Below are positions 53,077 to 64,000 of a stretch of 64,000 nt of DNA, piece after piece; position 1 is the stretch's first letter, and each line of letters opens with the position of its first letter. The notes under the pieces are model-generated. The model was not told where the DNA came from and did not search any database. It saw only the letters and a list, made by a program, of their open reading frames with translations. Origin of the DNA: Octopus sinensis (lineage: Eukaryota); the NCBI RefSeq assembly GCF_006345805.1, contig NC_043005.1, positions 48,112,001-48,176,000 of the forward strand. Direction: 5' to 3'. Made by a program: the position numbers and the translations under genes.

Positions 53077-54093
53077 CGAGCTTCTTTCAGTTTATGTCTA
53101 CCAAATCCACTTACAAGGCTTTGGTTGGCCTGAGGCTATAGCAGAAGACAATTAGTCTAGGTGTCATGCAGTGGGACTGAACCCAGAACCATGTAGTTGG
53201 GAAGCAAGCTTCTTACCACACACCCAAAAGATACATATATAAATATATATATATATATTTATCATCATCATCATCATCGTCGTTTAGCATCTGCTTTCCA
53301 TGCTGGCATGGGTTGGACGGTTCAACTGGGGTCTGGGAAGCCAGAAGGCTGTACCAGGCCCACTATTCTTTTCTTTATTTGTTTCAGTCATTTGACTATG
53401 GCCATGTTGGGGCACCACCTTTAGTCGAGCAAATCGATCCCAGGACTTATTCTTTGTAAGCCTAGTACTTACTCTATTGGTTTCTTTTGCCGAACTGCTA
53501 AGTTACAGGAGTATCAAGTGATAGTGGGGGACAAACACAGATACAACACACACACACACACACACACAACACACACACATACACACACACACATATATAT
53601 TAGATATATATATATATATATATATGACGAGCTTCTTTCAGTTTATGTCTACCAATCCACTTACAAGGCTTTGGTTGGCCTGAGGCTATAGCAGAAGACA
53701 ATACTCTAGGTGTCATGCAGTGGACTGAACCCAGAACCATGTAGTTGGGAAGCAAGCTTCTTACCACACACCCAAAAGATACATATATAATATATATATA
53801 TATATTTATCATCATCATCATCATCGTAGTTTAGCATCTGCTTTCCATGCTGGCATGGGTTGGACGGTTCAAGGGGTTGGGGAAGCCAGAAGGCTGTACC
53901 AGGCCCACTATTCTTTTCTTATTTTGTTTCAGTCATTTGACTATGGCCATGTTGGGGCACACCTTTAGTCGAGCAAATCGATCCAGGACTTATTCTTTGT
54001 AAGCCTAGTACTTACTCTATTGGTTTCTTTTGCCGAACTGCTAAGTTACAGGAGTATCAAGTGATAGTGGGGGACAAACACAGATACACACAC

Positions 54094-54167
<74 letters not shown>

Positions 54168-54325
54168 AGGCTTCTTTCAGTTTCCATCTACCAAATCCAC
54201 TCACAAGGCTTTGGTCGGCCCAAGCCTATAGTAGAAGACACTTGCCCAAGGTGCCACACAGTGGGACTGAGCCCAGAATCATGTGGTTGATAAGCAAGCT
54301 AATTACCACACAGTCACTCCTGTGC
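52840..54325 (-). mobile_element. Three SINE B copies/halves interleaved with RTE tails (includes the 551-bp duplication)
   Basis: Family motifs on the minus strand. Confidence 0.75.
53075..54090. repeat. Direct tandem duplication, period ~551 bp
   Basis: gacgagcttctttcagtttatgtc at 53075 and 53626; second copy differs mostly by 1-nt deletions. Confidence 0.9.
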
Positions 54326-55019
54326 TTATGTATATATTTTATCATTTAAGTTTCAGTCATTAAACTGTGGTCATGCTAGGGCACTGCTTTGAAGAATTTT
54401 TCCATTTTAGCCAAATGAATTGGGCTTGGTATTTACTTTCTTTTTTCCTTTTAAGTCTTGTACTCAGTCTGTAGTGCCCATTTGCCAAACCACTAAGTTA
54501 CAGGTTTGTACCCCTAGCCCCCTTCACACTACTTGACCTCTGGTGTTGGTGTGTTTACATCCTTGTAACTTAACAGTTCAACAGAAAAAGAACGACAGAA
54601 TAAATAACAAGCTTAAAAAAAATAATAATAATTAGAACTCAGATCGTTTGGGCTACTTAAAATTCTTGAAGGTGTTACCCCAGCATGGCCACAGTCTAAT
54701 GACTGAAACAAGTAAAAAATAAAACAAAAAATAGGATGGTCATGGCTGGAATGCCTTTGATCATTGGTCTGTTTCTTTAGGACTGACCTGAGGCTGACAA
54801 CAACAACATCAGTAGGTCATTTTGGTTATGTTGGTGTTAAAACTGTTATTGCCATTGCTGTTGTTGTTGTTGTTGTTGATGCTTAATCCCCTATCAGATT
54901 TGGTGCAGTAGACCTATGAGCAGGCATTCCAGCCATAACCAACCCCATTTTAGGATTATATTGTCTGTTTGAGATAGATTAGCTGCTATTTCTAGCAGAC
55001 TGAGTAAGCGCATTGTTGC

Positions 55020-55530
55020 TAGAGGTGGGCAGAGTGTAGAAGGATGGTGTTGGTGTTGGTGTTGTTAGAGGTGGTGCTGGAGACATTGATGGTAGTGGTG
55101 GTGACGATGGTGTTGGTGATTGAGGTGGTGATGGTGGTAGGGGTGGTGGGGCCCAGCGTTGTGTCGTTATTTGTAATGTCTAAGGGGGTTAGTGATGTTG
55201 TTGATATGTTATTTGTTGTTCTAGTAGTGTTGTTGCTAGTGGTTGTGGTGCGGCTGAGGTTGAAGTGGTGGTGGTGGTGGTGGTGGTGGTGGTGGTGATG
55301 AGGCGATGCTGGTGGTTGTAGTGATTGAGGTGATGGTGGTGGTGAGTGGAGGTGGGAGGGGGTGATGGTGCTGGTTGTAGTAGTTGAGGTGATGGTAATG
55401 GTGGTGGAAGTTGATGTGATGGTAACAGTGATGGTGATGGTCCTGTTGGTGGAGTTGTTATTTGTGGAGTTGCTGTTATTATTATCTGTGCCATTCTTTG
55501 AATTAGCTGTGATATTGATGATGATGATAA
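55020..55530. repeat. Degenerate (GGT/GAT/GTT)n low-complexity tract
   Basis: Directly visible. Confidence 0.8.
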
Positions 55531-56029
55531 TAAGGACAATATATGTTGGTGACAATCTCTTTCTCTCTCTCACTCACTCCCTCTCTCTCTCTCACTATAT
55601 CTATCTAGCAAAAGTAAACATAGACAGCAAAGAAACCAAGTCTCTCTCTCTGTATGTATGTACACATATATATATATACATATACACGTGTGTGTATGTG
55701 TATGTGTATGTGTGTGTGTGGTTGCGTGGTAAGTAGCTTGCTTACGAACCACATGGTTCCGGGTTCAGTCCCACTGCGTGGCACCTTGGGCATGTGTCTT
55801 CTACTATAGCCTCAGGCCGACCATAGCCTTGTGAGTGGATTTGGTAGACGGAACCTGAAAGAAGTCCGTCGTATATATGTATATATATATATATGTGTGT
55901 GTAAAAGAGTAAAAGAGTATATATATATATATACATATATGTATGTATATATATATATATTGTGTGTGTGTGTGTGTATATATATGTATATATACACACA
56001 CATATATATATACATATACATGCATGCAT

Positions 56030-56241
56030 ATTCTTTTATTCCTTTATTTGTTTCAGTCATTTGGCTGTGGCCATGCTGGAGCACTGCCTTTAGTTGAGCA
56101 AATTGACCCCAGGACTTATTCATTGTAAGCCTAGTACTTATTCTATCGGTCTCTCTTGCCAAACCGCTAAGTTACGGGGACGTAAACACACCAGCATCAG
56201 TTGTCAAGCGATTGTTGGGGGGGACAAACACAGACACACAA

Positions 56242-56286
<45 letters not shown>

Positions 56287-56477
56287 TATATATATAATAT
56301 AATAGAACTATATACGATGAGCTTCTTTCAGTTTCCGTCTACCAAATCCACTCACAAGGCTTTGGTCAGCCTGAGGCTATAGTAGAAGACACTTACCCAA
56401 GGGACCACGCAGTGGGACTGAACCCAGAACCATGTGGTTGGTAAGCAAGCTACTTACCACATAGCCACTCCTGCACC

Positions 56478-56479
<2 letters not shown>
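56030..56479 (-). mobile_element. SINE family B copy (full length)
   Basis: Near-consensus reverse-complement copy. Confidence 0.9.
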
Positions 56480-56517
<38 letters not shown>

Positions 56518-56565
56518 ACACACACACACACACACACACATACACACACATATATGTATGTGATT

Positions 56566-56790
56566 TATTTCTTTACTACCCACAAGGGGCTAAACACAGA
56601 GGGGACAAACAAGGACAGACAAATAGATTAAGTCGAGTACATGGACCCCAGTTCGTAACTGGTACTTAATTTATCGTCTCCGAAAAGCAAAGTCGACCTC
56701 AGCGGAATTTGAACTCAGAACATAACAGCAGACAAAATACTGCTAAGCATTTCGGCCCGGTGTGCTACCGTTTCTGCCAGCTCGCCGCCT
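56566..56790 (-). mobile_element. SINE family A copy
   Basis: Near-consensus reverse-complement copy. Confidence 0.85.
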
Positions 56791-57412
56791 TTAACATATA
56801 TGTATGTGATTGCCTGAGTGTGGAAAGGCTGACCATCATCCTGTGCTGGTCAGGTTAAATAGTTTGAATCTTCTTCAGCCACATTGAATTAAGAAGCAGG
56901 TGCAGTAAGAGAAGTGGAAAAGTCCACTTTCTTCTTTTAGTCTCCCTTCCGCCTAACCCCCACCCTCGCCCCACCCATTCACCACCCTCATCCATCCACC
57001 CACTTTTTTTTTAACATCTTTCCCCATCTAGCTACCACCACCGCCAACAACAACAACAACATCTCTGTTCTGTTTCACCCTTTTTTTTTCTTTTTTTGTC
57101 TTATCCCTTTGCATTCATTTTCCAATTCTCTTTCTTTCTTTCTTTCTTTCTTTCTCTGTTCCTTTCTCCAATCCTTTAGCCGTCACCACCACCACCACCA
57201 CCTCCATTCCACTTCACCTCCTTCTTGACCATAACTTCCACTACCACCACCACCACCACCACCACCACCACTACTACTACTATTACTACTACTACTGCCA
57301 CTACTCTTGCCATCACCATTGCATCTATTTACTGCCTCTACTACTTATGTAGCTGCTCTTACTACTACTGATTATAATTACTACAGCTGCTGCTGCTGTT
57401 ACTACTACTACA

Positions 57413-57452
<40 letters not shown>

Positions 57453-57889
57453 TAACTGCTGCTGCTGATACTACTATTACCACTGGCATAATTACTACTA
57501 TTACTATCTGATGTAATTATTATTATTATTTCCACTGCTACCCTGATGATACTACTACTACCACCATCACCACCACCGCTACTAATGTTGCTGCTGCTGC
57601 TACTACTACTACTACTACCACTACTACTACTAGTGGTGGAGACATTTCTTAGTGGGTAGATGTATGTGTATATGCTTAGGGAGCAGTCTATTATCTCCCC
57701 CACCCACCCCATTCTGCCCTTTCAACTATTTCCACAACCATCACCACCACCACCACCACCACCACCAAAACTACCACCTTTACCACTGTCACCACCGTCA
57801 TCACCATCACCACTACCGCCACCACCAGTATCAGTGCATTCAGCTAAAGCAGTTACAACTGTCACCTGCTCTCTCTCCCATACACCCAT

Positions 57890-58648
57890 AATGTACATTA
57901 ACGCATGCATACATACATACATACATACATGATATATATACATATATATACATATATATGCACACACATAGATACACACGCACAAACATACATATATCAT
58001 CATCATCATTCATATATACATATATAACATATTATATATATATATATATAATATATATATATATAATATATATATACATACATACACACATACATATACA
58101 TACATACATGCACATATATATATATATGTAAACATCCATAACATACATATATATTGCATATATACATACACACACATACATATATATACATATATACATA
58201 CATATATCACATACATACACACGTACATACATACACAACATACACAACATACTTACATACACATATACGTATATACAGACATCCATACACACATACATAT
58301 ATACATACACACATACATACATACACACATACATACACACATAAATACAAACACACATACATACATACATGCATGCATACCTACATACACAAATGCATAC
58401 ATACAATCACACATACACACATGCATACATACACACATACATACATGCATGAATGCATACACACATACATACACACATACATATATGCATGCATACCTAC
58501 ATACATACATGCATACATATATACATACATGCATACATGCACACATACATACATACATATACACATACATACATACATACATATATACATACTACATGCA
58601 TACATACATACATATATACATACATACGTGCATGCACACACACATACA

Positions 58649-58680
<32 letters not shown>

Positions 58681-58695
58681 CACATGCATACACCT
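57890..58695. repeat. ~800-bp degenerate (CATA)n/(CA)n/(TA)n block
   Basis: Directly visible; source of many spurious ORFs. Confidence 0.95.
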
Positions 58696-59199
58696 ATGCA
58701 CAACTAAACAACTAAAGCACTACCACTGTCCTGACAACAACAACAACAACAACAACAACAATCATAACTCCATTACACAACATCAGCACCTTTAACCAAA
58801 TCTCCTGTTCAGACTCCTCATCACAGCCATTATCATCGCCGCCCCCGCCCCCGCCCGCCCCCCCCCCCGACTGTCCTTCTCCCTCCTCCTCCTCCCCCTC
58901 CCTCACCACCCACCCCCCTTTACACCCAACATCCAGACTAGTAAAAAGATGTCTTCTTAAGCTAAACTACCTTCATCATGACTGCCACCATGCCATGCCA
59001 TGCCATGCCTTGCCATGCCATGCTTGCAATCCCCTTTATTTATTTATTTATTTATCTATTTATTTATTTATTTATTTATTTGTTTATTTATTCATTTGTT
59101 TGTTTGTTTATTTATCTATTTATTTATTTATCTATTTATTTATTTATTTATTTATTTATAAGGTGAAATGGTGGTGGGTGTCACCATGAGGGTACCTTG

Positions 59200-59505
59200 T
59201 AATAGTGTTGCCCTTGTCGTTGCAGTTATTGTTGTTGTTGCTGTTGTTGTTATAGTTCCCGGTGGCAGTGGTGATGGCGGGTGGGTGGGTGGAGTATTGT
59301 GGATAGAGATGTTTTTAATTGTTGTTGTTGGTGTTGGTGGTGGTGGTGGTGATGATGATAGACGCAGTGCTTTTTCTTCTTGTGGATGTTGATGATAATG
59401 TGGTTGTTATTACTGTTTTACAGAAGTGGTGGTGGTGGTGGCGGTTAGGGTGCTTTTTTTGTTGTCAATGGTGGTGATGGTAGTGCTCTTGTGGATGATG
59501 TTGAC

Positions 59506-59539
<34 letters not shown>

Positions 59540-59730
59540 GTTGTTGTGATGATTGCACTAATGTTATCTCAACGATGATGTTGATGGTGATGATGATGAT
59601 GATGATGATGATGATTATGATGAGGATGATGATGATGATAACGATGATGATGATGATTACAATGATGTTGATGATGATGATGATTGTAGTGATGGTTGCA
59701 CTAATTTTATGATGATGATGATGATGATAT
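59200..59730. repeat. (GAT)n/(GTT)n/(GGT)n low-complexity tract
   Basis: Directly visible. Confidence 0.85.
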
Positions 59731-61164
59731 GTCTTGGTTGTCTCTCCTCTCTTATGCTAACTGATAAAATTTTAACCGAATGGTCAGTTATTCTGATGGC
59801 AGGAGATAAATGTAAAGTGGTGCAGCAAAGCAGCTTAAGACAATGTCCACTTGCTTCTTCATCGTCCCTTTTTTCTTCCATACTGTCTTACATGGCCTTC
59901 TCATTTCCCTTCCTGCCACCCTGCCCTCACCCCACCTTTATTGTTTTTGTTTTCTTTTTCCATTTTCTTAGCTTTCTTTCTTTCCTTCTTCTCTCACTGA
60001 CCATCTTCCCTGTCTCTGGACAGCCGCCCCTTCTGTCTCTATCTCCCTCTCCCTGTTGTTATAGCAATGGTCAGTTGTAAAAGAAATGAATTAGTTTTAT
60101 TATATCTGGCCTTCATGACTCATAGTGCTTGGCAACATGGAAGCACTGCAAAATGGTGTTGTGTGACCACCACACTTTTAGATTAGTCTCTTCCCAAAGC
60201 AGACTGTCCACTATTTGAAGCTAATACTGCTATCTACTCTTTTCCTCTTCTTTTCTTCCCTCACCATTCATCCTACCCTTACACCCTTTTTTTTAATATA
60301 TATATATATACATATATATATATATTCCTTTTTCCTTGTTGGCAAGTCTCTGTCTGTCTACCAGTCTGTCTCTCTCCTTCCCTCTCTGTCTCTGTCTCTC
60401 TCTCTCTTCCTCTCTCATCATCTTTGTCATTCTCTTCCTTGTCAATGACCACAACTTCTAGCTATAGCCATCACTTGTCCACTATGTTCCCTCTCCAGGC
60501 TTCCTCCTACTCTTTTCAACCAATATCCTATTCCTTTTTCATTATTCTCTACAAACCTTCACCTATTCCAGAACCAAACTTTGTAGACAATTCCTTTTCT
60601 TTCATTTTTATTTTTCTCTATTCCTCTTTAAAAATAGTAGCCGCTTCAGAATTTTATAGTTTCACAGAAAACAACCACAACACGACATAAACATACAAGC
60701 AAAAACCCGTACTCAATATAAACATGGAATCACATTTTAGCTTAGACATAGACTAAAAATGTTAATCATTTTCCCCTCTCCTTCTCCTCTCTACATGAAC
60801 TATGCATCTTGTATATCAAAATTAGCACCATTAATCCTCCACTATTGCAAATTTCCATTTTCTTTTTCTAATTTTTTTCTCTTTATTACAAACAAATTCC
60901 AAGTAAAATCAAGTTTCGGTTTAATTTAACAAAATATTGATGTGAAACATAAGCTAGGCACGGTTGTGTGGAAAGAAGCTTGTTTCTCAACCACATGGTT
61001 CTGGGTTCAGCCTCATTCTGTGGTACCTTCGGTAAGTGTATTCTACTATAACCCCAGGCTGACCAAAGCCTTGCGAGTTGGTTTGATTGAAGGAAACTGA
61101 AAGAAGACTGTCATATGGTGTGTGTGTGTGTATACAAATATATATATATATGTATACACACATA

Positions 61165-61371
61165 CAAGGGGGTTCTAAAAAGGTCTTAGCTTGAAGGGTA
61201 TCATGAAAGGCCTGCTTGAAGGACCAACCATCTGAGTTCTCTTCAGAGCATACAAAGACTGGACTTCTGCAATAAGTGTGTGAATCTGAGAAGGGAATAT
61301 GTTAAATAAAATCATATTTAACTGATCCTCCTGTATTGGATTTTACCCAAAGCCAAGTTCTTTTCAACATG
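61165..61371 (+). mobile_element. mariner-derived MITE (decayed)
   Basis: Termini caagggggttctaaaaaggtcttagct / aagccaagttcttttcaac; retains CNKCVNLRREYVK* C-terminus. Confidence 0.55.
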
Positions 61372-61763
61372 TATATATATATAGCGACCATTCAAAATGT
61401 GACCGTTGGCGATTTTTTTTCCTCTGTCTTCTCTTCTCTGGATAACTCCTTCTCCTATGTTTCCAACGAAGAGCTCTGCTTGAAACATTAAACCTCCTTC
61501 TTTCTTTCTTTCTTGAGCATCCAATAATACTATATTTGTTCCACGTCCTCGCGTTGTTGTGGTTTTTTGTGCTTTCTTGTTTGGATTAACTTTATATATA
61601 TATATATATACATATATATTTAAAAATTAAGGGTAGAAATTGATATTAGTCAATTAAAACCAGTGGTCTAGCACATTAAAAAGAATCCGAAGATTAAAAT
61701 ATTTTAATTGGTATATATATACATATATATATCAAACTGTTTTTAAAAAATACAATATATATA

Positions 61764-62040
61764 GGCATGTGGCTTAGTGGTTAGGGTATTCAGATCACGA
61801 TTGTAGGGTCGTGAGTTCAATTCCCAGCAGCATGTTGTGTCCTTGAACAAGACACTTCATCTAATGTTGCTCCAGTTCACTCAGCTGTATTTCAAAGGGT
61901 TGGCCTTGTCACACTCTGTGTCATGCTGAATCTCCCTGAGAAATATGTGAAGGGGTTCACATGTCCAGTGGAGTGCTCAGCCACTTGCACGTTCATCTCA
62001 CAAGTAAACTGTTCTGCTGATCGGATCAAGTGGAACTTTT
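61764..62040 (+). mobile_element. SINE family C copy
   Basis: ggcatgtggcttagtggttagggtattc...gtgagttcaattccc. Confidence 0.8.
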
Positions 62041-62134
62041 GTCATCATAAGCAATGGAGTGCCAGGTTTTTGCATATATATGTGTGTATGTGTGTGTGTA
62101 TATACACATACATACATATATATACGTATATAAC

Positions 62135-62168
<34 letters not shown>

Positions 62169-62201
62169 GCATATATACGTATATATATGTATGTATATAT
62201 A

Positions 62202-62243
<42 letters not shown>

Positions 62244-62558
62244 TATATATATATGTGTATATATATATATATAATATATACACACACACCACATATAATA
62301 TATATATATATATATATACATATATATACATACATATATATACGTATATATGCATTTATATATATATATATCATCATCATCATCATCATCATTTAGCGTC
62401 CGTTTTCCATGCTAGCATGGGTTGGACGGTTCAACTGGGGTCTGGGGAGCCCGAAGGCTGCACCAGGCCAGTCAGATCTGGCAGTGTTTCTACAGCTGCC
62501 AGATCTGACTATATATATATATATGTATATATATATATGTATATTATATATGTATATA

Positions 62559-62590
<32 letters not shown>

Positions 62591-62792
62591 ATATATACAT
62601 ATATATATATATATATATATGGTAAACAGTAAATTAAATACAGACTGGACAAGAACATGAAACACACAGAGACGACACAAGAACCACAGGACGGGACATT
62701 CGAAGCCTCAGTCATCAGTCAAGAACCAGATCATCTTAGCAATTTCGGCTGATTAATCTTGAGATTGCTCCGATATGGCCAGATATATATAT

Positions 62793-62797
62793 AAAAA
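62793..62797 (-). terminator. Pol III T5 terminator of the tRNA-Phe
   Basis: TTTTT on the minus strand, 16 nt after the tRNA 3' end. Confidence 0.55.
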
Positions 62798-62813
62798 GCA
62801 GACCAGCCACGGA

Positions 62814-62884
62814 TGCCGAAACCCGGGATTGAACCAGGGACCTTTAGATCTTCAGTCTAACGCTCTCCCAACTGAGCTATTTCC

Positions 62885-62886
<2 letters not shown>
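62814..62886 (-). tRNA. tRNA-Phe-GAA: tRNA-Phe(GAA); first three nucleotides altered, probable pseudogene
   Basis: Minus strand atgGAAATAGCTCAGTTGGGAGAGCGTTAGACTGAAGATCTAAAGGTCCCTGGTTCAATCCCGGGTTTCGGCA; matches the standard eukaryotic tRNA-Phe except 5' GCC->ATG and one T-loop G->A. Confidence 0.9.
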
Positions 62887-62927
<41 letters not shown>

Positions 62928-63158
62928 AGGTGGCAAGCTGGCAGAACCGTTAGCATGCCAGGCGAAATGCATACCTGTATTTCATCTGCCGTTATGTTCT
63001 GAGTTCAAATTCTTCTGCGGTCAACTTTGCCTTTCATCTTTTTGGGGTCGATAAATTAAGTACCAGTTATGCACTGGGGTCGATGTAATCGACTTAATCC
63101 GTTTGTCTGTCCTTGTTTTGTCCCCTCTATGTTTAGCCCCTTGTGGGTAATAAAGAAA
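62928..63158 (+). mobile_element. SINE family A copy
   Basis: aggtggcaagctggcagaaccgttagc ... gccccttgtgggtaataaagaaa. Confidence 0.85.
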
Positions 63159-63523
63159 CATATATGTATATATATATACACACACATATATATATATGTA
63201 TGTATGTTTGTATGTGTGTATGTGTATGTGCACGCATCTTTTAACTTTACTTTTTAAGTTATTGAAAAGTTTAGTCAAACAAATTGACTACAGTATGTAT
63301 TTTATTTTAAGCTTGGTACTTATTTTAACAGTCCCATTTTTGCTGTTGCGCTAAGTTACAAGGACGTAAACAAACCAACAGCAATTACCAAGTAGTAGTG
63401 GGAGACAAACGCAAACACACAGACATGTGCATGGAGCCAAATCAAATTGTTTAAACGAATAATATATGTGACCCCTACTAAATGTGTTGAGCACCTTATT
63501 TCATTTGTCCACTCAACCATTTA

Positions 63524-63685
63524 GGTGCAGGCATGTCTGTATAGTAAGAAGGTTGCTTTCCAGCCACATGGTTCTGGGTTCAGTTCCTCTCCATGGAATC
63601 TTGGACAAGTGTCTTGAACTATAGCCATGGGCCAACCAAAGCCTTACGAGTGGATTTGATAGACAGAAACTGAAAGAAGCCTAAC
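63524..63685 (+). mobile_element. SINE family B 5' half
   Basis: taggtgcaggcatgtctgtatagtaag ... gaaactgaaagaagcc. Confidence 0.7.
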
Positions 63686-64000
63686 GTATGTATGTATATA
63701 TATATACATACATACGTTAAGCTTCTTTCAGTTTTTTCCTTCGTTCTGGCTTAACAGCCCTCAATGTTCATGTTACTGTTATTCTCCTTGTCCTGTCTTT
63801 TACTGTTTAAATTTTGTATTGTTTTTACTGTCCTGTTTTTGTTACCATTTTTATCCCTCCACAAAAAAATCTCAAATCTTATTTAATTTGCTTTTGCGGG
63901 AAGGACTGTTTCAATTAAGTCGTGTCTCGCCTTTACCTTCGAAACGCGGAGTAGATGAAACAGAGACGGCTGAAGAAGGGGAATGTTCCTTCTGTTGTAT

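Noticed and set aside
58838-58920. GC boxes / G-quadruplex as a promoter
   Set aside because: Embedded in low-complexity tracts with no identifiable gene start.
62631-62782. CTGATGA-containing repeat (also ~140-270) as a hammerhead
   Set aside because: GAAT instead of GAAA after the core and no stem III; probably a PLE-related remnant.
63925-63995. cgaaacgcg...ctgaagaagggg as a type-II hammerhead
   Set aside because: Stem I cannot form.

Overview
AT-rich, microsatellite-dense animal DNA. The SINE/LINE repertoire suggests an octopus or other cephalopod (inference). No host protein-coding gene can be confidently identified, and most ORFs in the track are translated microsatellites. The window is mainly a transposon graveyard. 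It holds about 40 copies of three tRNA-derived SINE families, RTE-clade and CR1/L2-group LINE 3' fragments, and a Penelope-like RT fragment. It also holds three decayed Tc1/mariner transposases with different catalytic spacings (DD36E, DD37D, DD34E), several MITEs, a non-autonomous Helitron-like element, and a tRNA-Phe(GAA) with a damaged 5' end. The most interesting unexplained structure is a set of minimal type-I hammerhead-ribozyme motifs (five with an intact catalytic core, plus decayed relatives). Three of the five sit in or form fold-back palindromes, one of them as an inverted ribozyme pair. A SINE family and a LINE share a 3' stem-loop with compensatory base changes. A few phase-compatible exon-like segments on the minus strand hint at an unrecognised gene or pseudogene. 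All alignments and folds were done by eye.
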